Shown here one piece after another: positions 48,529-60,670 of a stretch of 64,000 nucleotides of DNA. The DNA is from Phyllobates terribilis. Lineage: Eukaryota. The stretch lies in the NCBI RefSeq assembly GCF_046119375.1, contig NW_027362761.1, positions 971,416,001 to 971,480,000 of the forward strand, read 5' to 3'. How positions within the stretch are numbered: position 1 is the first letter of the stretch; every line of letters starts with the position of its first letter. The translations under genes and the position numbers were made by a program. Under the pieces are notes generated by a model. That model saw nothing but the letters and a program-made list of their open reading frames with translations, searched no databases and was not told where the DNA came from.

Positions 48529-49488
48529 ATGGCAGATGTGACAACCTACATGGTGAGCTGCAACATGTGCTACATGTTCACAGATCGACCAGAAGCTGAA
48601 ACCAACTTCACCTGCCAGAAGTGTAGACTACTGGCTCTTTTAGAAGAAAAGGTGCGGGGACTAGAAGAAAGAATTGCGACATTAAAACTCATCAAGGAAA
48701 ATGAAGACTTCCTGGACAGAACAGAAGCGTCACTACTGGTCACGGAAAGTGAAGGAAGCGTCAGAGAACCTCCAGAGGCAGACAAGTGGAGGCAAGTGAC
48801 CAAAAGAAACAAGAAGACCATGGAGACACCACCAACCACACAACTGAGAAACAGATTCCAAGGACTTGTGGAGGACGAAGATGGCACACCTAAGGATGAG
48901 GAACTACCAGCAAGCAAAAAAGAAAAGAGTACCCAGAAACACCCAGAAGCGACAAGAAAAAGGACAGCCAAGAAGGGAAGAAGAGTGGTGGTGGTGGGAG
49001 ACTCACTACTGAGAGGAACAGAAGCAGCTATCTGCAGACCGGACATAACCACAAGAGAAGTATGCTGCCTCCCAGGGGCGAAGATCAAGGATGTTACCGA
49101 TAGGATACCGAAGCTCATCAGTTCCAAGGATGTCCACCCATTTCTTCTGATACATGTTGGCACCAATGACACGGCAAAGAAGGACCTACCGACAATCTGC
49201 AAGGACTTTGAAGCATTGGGGAAGAAAGTAAAAGAACTGGATGCGCAGGTAGTTTTTTCTTCTATCCTTCCAGTAGACGGGCATGGCGTCAGGAGATGGA
49301 ACAGGATCCTTGATGTGAACAACTGGCTGAGACGATGGTGCAGACAACAAGGACTTGGATTCCTGGACCACGGTGTGAATTACCTCTATGATGGACTCCT
49401 TGCCAGAGACGGACTACACCTCAACAAATCCGGGAAACACACATTCGCCAGGAGACTCGCAACACTCATCAGGAGGGCGTTAATCTAG
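48529..49488 (+). CDS. CR1 ORF1p: zinc finger / leucine zipper plus SGNH esterase, 319 aa, intact
   Basis: CNMC...CQKC, heptad leucines, VVVGDSLLRG, HVGTND and RDGLHLN; the ATG at 48529 is the first inside the element. Confidence 0.9.
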   Translation: MADVTTYMVSCNMCYMFTDRPEAETNFTCQKCRLLALLEEKVRGLEERIATLKLIKENEDFLDRTEASLLVTESEGSVREPPEADKWRQVTKRNKKTMETPPTTQLRNRFQGLVEDEDGTPKDEELPASKKEKSTQKHPEATRKRTAKKGRRVVVVGDSLLRGTEAAICRPDITTREVCCLPGAKIKDVTDRIPKLISSKDVHPFLLIHVGTNDTAKKDLPTICKDFEALGKKVKELDAQVVFSSILPVDGHGVRRWNRILDVNNWLRRWCRQQGLGFLDHGVNYLYDGLLARDGLHLNKSGKHTFARRLATLIRRALI

Positions 49489-49499
49489 AAGAAGAGGGG

Positions 49500-52445
49500 A
49501 TGGGAAGAAAAACGCCGGACACGAACATGCAACCAGAGAACATACTAATGAAAGATATGAAGTGCGACAAAGAAGGTCCAAGACAAGATACTTGGAAGGG
49601 AGGTAAGAAAATTTCAAATACAATCCACAGGGAGAAGATTGGAACAAAACAAAATCGTGTAAACTGCGTGCTAGCAAATGCCAGAAGCCTGACAAACAAG
49701 ATGGATGAACTGGAAGCAGAAATATCTACAGGTAACTATGACATAGTGGGAATAACCGAGACATGGTTAGATGAAAGCTATGACTGGGCAGTTAACTTAC
49801 AGGGTTACAGTCTGTTTAGAAGGGATCGAAGAAGTCGGAAAGGGGGTGGAGTCTGTCTATATGTAAAGACGTGTCTAAAGCCTACAATACGGGAGGATGT
49901 ATGGGAGGGAAATGAGGAGGTCGAGTCCTTATGGGTGGAGATACATGGGGCAAAAAAACAATAATAAAATTATCATAGGAGTCTGTTATAAACCACCAAA
50001 TATAGCAGAAGCCACGGAAAGTCTATTAATGAGACAAATAGACGAAGTACCAAAAAATAACGAGGTGATTATTATGGGGGACTTCAACTACCCCGATATA
50101 GACTGGGAAACCGAAAGCTGTAGATCTCAGAAAGGAAACAGGTTTCTGTCAATTATCAAAGACAATTATTTGTCACAACTTGTGCAGGAACCAACTAGAG
50201 GGACGGCCCTTTTAGACTTAATATTAACTAACAGGCCAGACTGAATAACTGAGGTGCAGGTCGGGGGGCACCTGGGAAATAGTGACCACAACATTATACA
50301 ATTCCACATATGCTTCAGTAGGGTGCCCAGCAAGGGAGTCACAAAACACTGAACTTCAGGAGGGCAAAGTTTGATCAGCTAAGAGATGCCCTTCACCTTA
50401 TAGACTGGGATAGTATCTTTAGTAATAGGAGCACGGATAGAAAATGGGAAATTTTCAAAACAGTCCTACATAGTCACTGTAGAAGGTACATACCTTATGG
50501 GAATAAAAGGGCTAAGAATAGGAGGAAGCCAATGTGGCTAAATAAGGAAGTCAAGAGGGCAATGAAAAACAAAAAAAGGGCTTTCGGTAAACTTAAACAA
50601 GAAGGCAGCGAGGAAGCGCTAATATCTTATAGGGAAAAACACAAAATCTGTAAGAAACAAATAAGAATAGCAAAAGAGGAGACAGAGAGACTAATTGCCA
50701 AGGAAAGTAAAACGAATCCCAAACTGTTCTTTAACTATATAAACAGTAAAAGAATTAAAACTGATGGAGTTGGCCCATTGAAAAATAACCTGGGTAAAAT
50801 CATAGAGGGCGATGAGGGTAAAGCAAACCTACTCAATAGCTTCTTCTCCACTGTTTTCACAAAAGAAAACAATTTATCGGAGGAAATGCAGAGTGATAAA
50901 GTAAACTCTCCGCTAAATATCACCCACCTAACCCAGGAGGAAGTTCAGAAACGCCTAAATAATATCAAAATAGACAAGTCACCAGGCCCAGATGGCATAC
51001 ACCCCCGGGTACTAAAAGAATTAAGTAATGTGATAGACAGACCGCTGTATCTTATATTCAAGCACTCTTTATGGACAGGGACTGTTCCACTAGACTGGCG
51101 CCAAGCAAATGTGGTACCAATATTCAAAAGGGGGTCTAAAAGTGACCCTGGGAACTATAGACCAGTCAGCTTAATGTCTGTTGTGGGTAAATTGTTTGAA
51201 GGATTTCTTAGAGATGCTATTGTAGAATATCTTAATGATAATAACTATCTAACTCCATATCAACATGGATTCATGAGGGATCGCTCCTGCCAAACAAACC
51301 TGATGGCCTTCTACGAGGAGGTGAGCTCACAGCTGGACCGGGGAGAGTCAGTGGATGTTGTATACCTTGACTTCTCCAAAGTGTTTGATACCGTGCCACA
51401 CAAAAGGTTGGTATATAAAATGAGAATGCTTGGTCTGGGGGATAATGTGTGCAAGTGGGTAAATAGCTGGCTGAGTGATAGAATGCAGAGGGTGGTTATC
51501 AATGGAGTAAGCTCAGGGTGTGTCAGGGTTACTATCGGGGTGCCTCAAGGGTCTGTCTTGGGCCCTATATTATTTAATATATTTATTAATGATCTAGTGG
51601 AAGGGTTGCATAGTAAAATAGCAATATTTGCAGATGATACTAAACTTTGTAAAGTAGTTAATACAGATGAGGATAGGGCACAGCTACAGGAGGATTTAGA
51701 TAAATTGGGGAGTTGGGCCAAAAAATGGCAAATGGGGTTCAATGCCGATAAATGTAAGGTCATGCACATGGGAAAGAAAAACAGCAGTCACCCATACATA
51801 TTAAATGGGAAACCGTTGGGGAAATCTGACATGGAGAAGGACCTGGGCGTCTTGGTTAATAGCAAATTAAATTGGAGTGCCCAGTGTCAGGCAGCAGCTG
51901 CGAAGGCAAATAAAGTCATGGCATGCATCAGAAGAGGAATAGGGGCATATGATGAGAACATTGTTCTTCCTCTGTATAAAGCGCTGGTAAGGCCGCACTT
52001 AGAATATTGTGCACAGTTCTGGGCTCCGGTGCTCAGGAAAGACATATTGGAGCTAGAGAGGGTACAAAGGAGGGCGACTAAGGTAATAAAGGGAATGGAG
52101 GGACTAGAATACCCAGAGAGGTTGTCAAAATTAGGCCTATTTACGTTGGAAAAGAGAAGGCTTAGGGGAGACCTCATAAACATGTATAAATACATCAGGG
52201 GGCAGTACAGAGATCTCTCCTATGACCTGTTTATACCAAGGATGGTGACAAAGACGAGGGGGCACACTATGCGTCTGGAGGAAAGGAGGTTCCTGCACCA
52301 GCATAGAAGGGGATTCTTTACGGTCAGAGCCGTGAGACTCTGGAACTCTCTGGGAGAGGAAGTGGTGATGTCCAACTCACTTAATGAGTTCAAGAGAGGC
52401 CTGGACGCCTTTCTTGAGAACAATAAAATTACATCTTATGCTTAG
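49500..52445 (+). pseudogene. CR1 ORF2 (APE endonuclease plus RT) with three lesions
   Basis: ANARS, GITETW, GDFN, SDH, PQGSVLGP and FADD motifs; +1 A near 49955, TGA at 50242, -1 A near 50345; 50532-52445 is open. Confidence 0.93.
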
Positions 52446-55049
52446 TGATAGTTAATTAATCCAGGGATTTAATCTGACTGCCAGATTGGAGTCGGGAAGT
52501 GAATTTTTCATCAATGACGTAAATTGGCCTATACCGCATGGTTTTTTATTGCCTTCCCCTGGATCAACGCTGTGGAATAGCTGCAGTGCACAAGAAATAG
52601 GCTGAACTCGATGGACGCTTGTCTTTTTTCGGCCTTATAAACTATGTAACTATGTAAACTAACTATGTAACTATGAAAATTGCAAAATGTTCGTCAAATT
52701 TTCGTGTTTTTTTTTTTTACAAGTAAACGCAAGTCATATCGAAAATTTTTCACCACTATCATGAAGTACAATATGTAACAAAAAAACTCAGTGGGATCCG
52801 TTGAAACGTTCCAGAGTTATTACCTCATAAAGTGACACTGGTCAGAATTTTAAAATTTGGCCCGGTCATTAAGTACATAATTGTCTCCATCCTTAAGGGG
52901 TTAAATGATTAAAGAATGTTTCCGTTGTATTTCAAATAATTGTTTTAATCTGTGTTTATTTAACTCTTCACTTACAAGTTTAGTAATGAGGGTGTCTTTT
53001 TGACACCTCTTCATCACTAAACCAAGGGCTTGGTGTCAGCGACCCCTAATCCCATTCAAATATAATATACAGAAATTGACATGCTGCGGTAAATTTATGC
53101 AGCGTCAAAATCAAGCACAGTGAGCATGGGATTTCTTATAAATGAAAGAAAATGAAGAATTAAATTGAAAAAATGGCGTGGGCTCCAGAGTCATTTTCAT
53201 AACCAGCAAAGGGAAACCGGCCACTGGTGGCAGATATTACTAGCCAGGGAAGGAGCCATTACCAAAGATGTTCACTGGCTATTAATAACAGTTCACAGCT
53301 GTTGCTGTTTGGTTAGTGTTTACTATCTAGATTACAGGGGGACCCCAGAAAAAAATTGAAATAGGGTCCCCCTATAAAATCTAACCAGCAAAGGCTAAAC
53401 AGAAAGCTGTAAGCTGATATTAATAGCCAAGGAAGGGGCCATCCATAAGAAGCACCAATTCTGGCACTTAACCTCGCTCTTCCCACTTGTCCTGGTGCGG
53501 TGGCAAGTGGGGTAATAGGGTTGGGGTTCATGTCAGCCTCGTATTGGCAGCCGACATGAAGCCCAGGTTAGTAATGGAGGGCGTCAATAGCAGCAACGGT
53601 GCAGTAAATGAAGTCACCGGAGCTCATCAGCTGATTAACTCATGTGAACTCTGCCCCGGCAGCTCAGCGCTGTACACTTCTGGGAGCGATCACGCTCCTG
53701 TTAGTGTATAGAATGCTGCCGGGTGATCGAATAGCCGTGGGACACTCGGGATTTGGCGAATAGGTGAGTGTAAGGTGTTTTTATTTTAACATTCATTTAT
53801 TTTAACTTTTTTTTTCAGTAGTGGCAGCCTTAGGCTGATCGGATGAGTAGTCTCTCATCAGCTGACATCTGTCACTCACGGTCAATGCTTTGTGCGTTTT
53901 TGACCCATTGACTTTAATTAAGTCAGTCAAATCTGCATATATTTTTAGACCTTCATTTTTGCTGCGGATTTGACGGACTCAATTGAAGTCAATGGATGAA
54001 AAACTCTGTAAAAAACGCACAAAGAATTGACATGCTGCAGATTTAAACGCAATGACAATCCGGACAGGAAAATTCCTGATCATGTGCACAGCACTTCAGG
54101 ATTGTCATTGCATTAGCTGGCACAAAGATTCCCTAGCGTTTTTTGCCCATTTCCACGAGGAAAAAATGCTGCGAAAACGCACCGTGTGCACAAAGCCTTA
54201 GAGTGACTATACTTTTTGTTCATTGATTTCTAGGTTTAGTGTTTTTTTTAAATGAAAAAAAATGTATAACTTTGGGGCAACAAAGTTTGTCATCATGAGA
54301 AAAAAAAAAGATGTGGTTCTCCTGCATTAATTCCCATTAGGCAGAAGCAAGTTTTCCTCATCTTAGGTGAAAAAAAAAAGTTCTTATTGACTCCGAAATA
54401 TGTCAGAAGAAATTCCTGTTGATGAATGGTTCCTTAGAGCAACACAGACGTGAGACAATGGAACTTTTAAGAATAGGCTCCTAAAGCAGTGAAGGAGTTC
54501 AGTGCTGCTCATACAGTTTTACTGAACAGAACATGTGGGTTGCAGTTTAACTGGAAAGCACTATGTCGTTAGCCCTGATGATTTATTAAGGTTCTACACT
54601 TGAAACATCACCCACTCATACTTCTCAACCCCAACTCCCATCCCACGTTATAGGCACTTTAGAAGATTGAGACTCTTTAGGAGAAAAGAATCTAAGACAG
54701 CAGTACTTTAATCAAATTCTTAAGCATTTTGGCTATTTCTAACTATTAAGTATTATCATTGTGCTGCACATTTCAAATGTCTTCCTCCCTGGCTCTTGCT
54801 TTCCTGCCTTAGTATGCAGAGTTGATTGAAATTAGCAATTGCTTTGGCCAGAGCCAGATGTAGTTTGTGGGAGGACAGGCTATGCAGTGGGCAATTAGAT
54901 GTGAAGAATGGGAATTATGTTTTCAGCTCTCTCTGATGAAAGTTTTATTTGCAACCCACAACCCACTTACAAATGTTACCGCTGTTATTTTACAGCACTC
55001 CATTTCCTTTTACACTATGTAATGCTTGTCACTCACAAAACAAAAACTA

Positions 55050-55676
55050 CACTCCTCAACACTGTAATCAAGAACATAAGGTCGTAGAATTATGGATATC
55101 ACAAGATCGATAAACATGTTAATATGCAAATGATGCTAAAAAATGCATATCAAGCATAAACGCAGAAATATATGTGCTTACATGTCTTGCCCTCCATCAA
55201 TGAGGTTATTAATGGTTGTCTGAGCAAAGTTTTGCCACGCTGAATGCACTTGGGCACACAAATCATCAAGATCCACTGCTGGCAGCTCCCTTTGCAATTG
55301 CCAATCAATGACTTGTAATATGTGCTCTATGGGAGCCAAGTCCAGAAATGCCACAGGCCACGGTAGCACTTTTAGGTCACATACGTCACTAACAGTAGCA
55401 CAAGCAACAGGTAGCTTGGCACTGTCATGTTGTAAAACTGCTCCTTTTCATGCCCAAGTGCATTCCTCAAACAACCATTAATTACATAATTGACAAGGCG
55501 TGTAAGTGTGGGGATTTCTGCATGTGGCGCTAATACTTTGCATTGAATAAATCAAGATGTTTTGAACAGTTTTTGTTTCCATTTTTGATCATTTACATGT
55601 CTATCCATCCTGTGATTTCCATATTTGCACAACTTTTCCTTTCTTCTTTGTGTTGCAATTTCATGGTTGAGGAGCG
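55050..55676 (-). mobile_element. Old Tc1/mariner deletion derivative
   Basis: TIR CACTCCTCAAC / GTTGAGGAGCG; LPWPVAFLDLAPIEHIL resembles the WPxxSPDLxPIE motif. Confidence 0.7.
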
Positions 55677-56870
55677 TTATTGATGCTCAAGTAGTACATT
55701 ACACCCGAATGATCCATATGACAGAAGAAATCAGTACTTCTTTTCTGGTCGCTCCACCATGATGCTGGACGCTGCAGCTGAGCATTAGGGTTAAATCCTC
55801 TCAATAGATAAGCACAGTAACAGTGATGGCTAAACACTATGGGCCAAGACTAATGTCCTGCTTAGACTGGCCTAACACTTCCATGTGCACAGAACGAGTG
55901 TTCCTTTGAGTGCTTTTTTATGACTATTGGTCTAATTGGATCTTTACATTATTTGATGTAATGTAGATGTAATTTGTAATGGAATATGATAAATGTAGAT
56001 GTCATTTGTAATGGAATATGATAAATATAGTTTTATATGTTGCCCTATATTAGCAGTAGGTATTTAAAACTATAAAAGGGAAATAGTTGCTTGGCCACTA
56101 CCATTATATCAATATAAGTCTGCGTCCACGGCTATGGGGATACTCTGCTATTCGATACCACTGGGGGGGGGGGGGGCAGATTGTGGGATATGGCCTTTAA
56201 CTTCTGACTGAACATTTTATATTAGTTCAACAGAGAGGTTTGTAGCTTAGATACTAATGTTTCTCGTCTTTATACAATGGCATCTCCATCATTGTACATT
56301 AAAATTGCCCAACTGCTTCTTGATGAAGAATTGCAAGATTGAGTATTCAAAGATTACAAAGAAATCGAAAGTCTTCTTTATGGCCTTACGCAAACTTCTA
56401 ATCCCACAATTTGATGATTGTCAAAAGCTCATCCAATAAAAACCTATCATTTGGACCAGATTCCTGACACATGACATATTAGGTCGTGGGCTTAGAAGTT
56501 CAGCCTGCATTTTTGCAAGCAGATGATGGCTGTTATTCAGACATCATCTGCCTCTAACAAGGTGGAGTGGAGCTCAGTCCACTGCTGTTAACTCCTTATA
56601 GGGGTATTTCCCATCTCCAAAGATCCTATCCCAAAATGTAGTAGGTGTAATAATAATATTAGCAAATACCTCCAATTAGTAATGTAGTATAGTTCTTCTG
56701 ATTCTGTCTCTTTCCTTATGTGCAGGCATTGCAGGTCCTTTAGGTATCCATGATTATGACCACTGATATAGTGACAGTTAGCGAGTTGCCATAACCATCG
56801 ATACCTAAGGTCCTGCAATGCCTGCACATGAGGAAGGACATAGACTTAAAGGGGTATTACCATCTCCATT

Positions 56871-57804
56871 CGCTATGAGCCCACGATGCAGAAATGCTCT
56901 GGATTTTTTTCCTGAGCGTTTCTGCATCTCCCTGGCAGAAAAAACGCATGCGGATTGTACATGCGGATTGTACATGCGTTTTTCCTGCCAGGGACATGCG
57001 GATGTGAAGCGCTCTTCACATGCATTTCCGCATGCGGGTTGTCAATCGCTTTCCAAGCGATTTTAGCATCACTTGGAAAGTGCTTGACAACTTGGTCACA
57101 CTATATAAATCCATACAACTAGCATGGATTTATATAGTGTGACTGTAAAAGAATGGTAAAAAATAAAATATTATACTTGCCTTCTGATGGATCCCGGTGT
57201 CCTTATCCGATCCATCCAGTGTCCCGCGGTGGTCTAAAAGGACCTTCCATGACGTCATTCAGTCATGTGACGGGACACGCGACCGCCGACGTCAGCGGTC
57301 GCGTGACCCGTCACATGACTAAATGACGTCATGACAGGTCCTTTTAGACCATCGCGAGCTGCCGGGGAGCCAGGACGAATCGGATAAGGACACTGGAGGC
57401 CATCAGAAGGCGAGTATAATGTATATTTTTTACTTTATTCTTTTTTTATTTAATTATTTATTTATTTATTTTTACAGGTACTAAAGTCTCCTTCTCCAAA
57501 CCCGGGTACCATCCGCACATTGACTCGCTTAATATCCGCATTTGCACATGTAGTCATGCGGATATTATGCGATTCAACACAAGTCAATGGTGGCGAAACG
57601 GCCACGATTCCGCAAAATAATTGGTAGTGCTGCGGATTTTTCCGCAATGATAATCTGCAGCGGAAATTTCCGCAGCATGTGCACAGCACATGGGGATTAT
57701 CATTGGGGAACATGGCAGACCTTCTACCAAGCATTTTTTAAGCGCTTCTGCAGCGGAATTGCCACTGCGGAAACGCTTAAAAAACACATAGTGGGCACAC
57801 AGCC
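56871..57804. mobile_element. Harbinger-type MITE with a central ~250-bp palindrome
   Basis: TIR (C/G)GCT(A/G)TG(A/T)GCCCAC (11/14); inverted arms at 57170-57420. Confidence 0.7.
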
Positions 57805-58744
57805 TAACAGTGATCAAAATGTCATACCGAAACTAAAATGGTATGAGTAAAAATTTCAAATCCGGGTGCAAAAAAACAAGAAGTAACATGGCTCCATTTT
57901 TTTTTACCATTTAAAAAAACAAAAACATACAAGTTGGGTATCCTCACAGTCACAAGGACTTGGAGAATCAAGTTGCTAGCTCCATTATTTTCTCCCCGTT
58001 TTACAGAACACTGAATGGTAAAATAAATGCAGGCATTGGAAACCTACAACTCGTTCCGCAAAAGACATGCCCTCTTACTGCTATGTGGACAGAAAAATAA
58101 AAAAAAATAAAAAAGTTAGGGCTCTCAGAAGGAAACTGAGGAAAAAACACAACGCAAAAACTGAAAATCGCCATGACGGGAACAGGTTTACTAAAAAAGA
58201 TTAGTGACCAGGATGAGATAGTTCCTTATGTCTAGTTTAGCACGTCCTTTTTGTTTTTTAGCTCCAGAATGATAATATGCCATTTATAGATTACTAGCTG
58301 AACTATTAAAAGCAGGTCAAGTTTTACAGGATATTCTGGTGCTGTACTCGACTATCTCCGGCAGTCCAATAAAGAATTAATGAAGCAATGGTTGATCATG
58401 TGTATCTGCTGATCCATTGAAAGGGAGACAGAAGTGCCCTGGTCAGTGAAAAGGTGATACAATTCATACTGGAATACCCCTTTAAATAGGGTGTACAAGA
58501 TTAACAATACACATTAACAATCACATGTCAACAAGTTGTATCTGATATTGCAGCTCAGCCCAACTCCCTCTGAAATTAAGGTGTAATACCATACAAATCC
58601 AAGAACATGGGTACTGATTTTTTTTTTTAGAATGTCGCCATGTAAAACATTATTAAAATTTAATGTGTAATCTCCAATGGGATTTTACATGTGTAATGTT
58701 TTAGAAGTTGTTAAAAAAGCACCAATAAAAGTCTGTAACATGAA

Positions 58745-60401
58745 AAAAAAAAAAAAAAACACATTTTATTGCACTTAAGTTATAAGAAAATAAAATTTCT
58801 AAGTGAATCAAACCATAGACACAATCCCTTTAAACATTGTTTTCCTCCATCACATCATGTTGTTACAGAACTGGAAAATGAACCAAATGGAATCGGATTA
58901 TTTTAAAACCAGACTATAAATAATGAAACAAAAAATAGGATGAGGAGGAACAAAAAAAGAAAAAAAAAAAAAATTTGTTGTTTTTCTTTTTCAAAAAGTC
59001 GCATAGGATACAGTGTTAAACCACTTTTCACAGTTCGGCTTGAGTTGTGATTCTTGGAACATGAGGCAAATTATATGACATTTGCAATTTGTATTACATT
59101 TGCACGTGAAGCTCGCACTGCAAAAAAAAAAAAAAAAAAAAAACTTAAAACTCTTGCCTTCTGCTTCATTTGTCAGCATGCCCTGTTGGACTGTAACAGC
59201 TGTTTTCCCCCAAATACTGTCATCTATGGAGTCTGATCAGTTTTGTTTTTGTCAGTTGTGTTAAGTACTTTTTATTTTTATTTAAATATATATTTTAACA
59301 TTCACCACAGCCTCACAACAAAAAAGTTCCCAAAAGAACAGGCTACAACTCCTCTGTTCTAAGGAATGTGTTTACATTTTGCTCAAAAAAGAAAAGAAAA
59401 AAAAAAAGAAAAAGAAAGAAAATAAGCTTTACACACTCAAATCTTTTTTCATTTTTTCTTTGCAAGCAAACTTCACTCTTAATTATCTGAAACTGGCCCA
59501 CATTCGGCCTCTTAGAGGCACAGTGGATTCAATTTTCAGTGGCAAAAAAGTTTTGTTTTTTTTTCTGTATCCAAACTAGAAGAAATTTGGAATTCAGTCT
59601 GGGACTAAAACGTCACAGCAGTAAAATAATAATAAAAAAAAAAAATTTGCTTTTTTTTTTTTTTTTCCCCTCTCCTTTCATTTAGCAGCATAAATATGTT
59701 TGGCCACTGGGAATACAGTACAGCTGTGGGACAACAATCCCATTTAGAAAAGACCTACTTTGCTAGCACCAGCATCAAGATTTATATCCATCTGAGATCG
59801 TAAGGACAAGCTTGTCACCCCAGAGCAACATATACATTGAAACATGTAGATGGAAGCAACAGGAAGTAGAGAAACAGAGGCTAATACTGTGATTGATTGA
59901 CATTGGCAATAGTCCACAACAAAAAAAAGTGATGAAACTGTACAAAAAAAAAAAAATTCACAGTTATTTTTTTTTTCAGCATTTGAAAAACAAGAACATG
60001 ACTTTGTTGCAACTGCTCTCTTCTGAAGTCAACCAGTAATTTGTGAAGCGTTTAGTTAGGGTCTAGCTTTTAGGACAGCCCAGCTACTTAGGCTGCCCTA
60101 TGACCAATTGGAGACTGCTAGAAATAAATGCACCTGGTTTGGAGAGTCCTACTTTTTGCAAAGGAAAAAAAAAAAAAGGTAGCCCACGTCAAAATGGAAA
60201 GTCATTTTGTGACAAGATGTCTTCTCGTACACCATGTGTAGGTCTTTGCCGTATGTTGTCCCAAGCCTAGATCCTGTTTTGCCAAGGCCAATGGATATTT
60301 TTGGAGGGAAGGGCTGGGTAAGAAGTGGGAATCATTTAAAAAAAAAAAAAAAAGGGAAATTATGCAGTCTAGAAATTTGGACAAATTTATATCCCGAGCC
60401 T
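58745..60401 (-). other. FBXW7: FBXW7 3'UTR (~1.65 kb); 3' end approximate
   Basis: Follows the TGA; free of recognisable TEs and U-rich; AATAAA at 58765-58770 (minus strand). Confidence 0.75.
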
Positions 60402-60670
60402 TCACTTCATGTCCACATCAAAGTCCAGCACCAGCAGCTTTGTCTCCTCAGTCCCATTTCTGCTTCCGACAGCACATACAAGCTTCGTGTTGGAGGCCCG
60501 AATTCGCCACACAACACCTCCACTTCCTCCACTTTCTAATGTGACCAGGTTCCTAATAAATTCACCTGTTTTCAAGTCCCACAGTTTTACAGTCCCATCA
60601 TCTGAGCTGGTTATTACAAAATTCTTGTTGAACTGTAGACAAGTCACAGCACTTTGATGTTTGTTGGGAC
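60402..60670 (-). CDS. FBXW7: FBXW7 last coding exon (269 bp; final WD40 repeat and C-terminus)
   Basis: (G)PNKHQSAVTCLQFNKNFVITSSDDGTVKLWDLKTGEF...LLVLDFDVDMK*; acceptor ttctatag|GT; phase matches the upstream exon. Confidence 0.98.

Larger units (their letters stand above)
48510..52675 (+). mobile_element. Near full-length CR1 LINE
   Basis: ORF1 plus ORF2; 3' tail of (AACTATGT)n 8-bp units at 52639-52675; the host sequence AAAGTTTGAA|AATTGCAAAAT rejoins across it. Confidence 0.95.
44351..52900. mobile_element. piggyBac-like non-autonomous element (~4 kb without inserts)
   Basis: TTAA TSD at 44347-44350 and 52901-52904; termini CCCCTTAA...TTAAGGGG; no transposase ORF; internal repeats. Confidence 0.82.
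44090..54197. mobile_element. Harbinger-type non-autonomous element (~1.55 kb when empty), host of nested insertions
   Basis: TIR GGCTATGTGCTCAC / GGCTTTGTGCACAC (12/14); TTA TSD at 44087-44089 and 54198-54200. Confidence 0.75.

Noticed and set aside
48570-49322. 250-aa antisense ORF over CR1 ORF1
   Set aside because: Typical shadow ORF caused by the purine-rich sense strand; low-complexity Ser/Leu/Phe content.
49470-49502. Programmed frameshift at the CR1 ORF1/ORF2 junction
   Set aside because: ORF2 is in the -1 frame, but there is no XXXYYYZ heptamer here and ORF2 has its own ATG at 49500.
55964-56030. 32-bp tandem duplication
   Set aside because: Two copies only; ordinary slippage product.
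56600-56870. Two same-orientation T2-type left termini 250 bp apart
   Set aside because: Could be nesting or tandem amplification, but the ends cannot be paired reliably.
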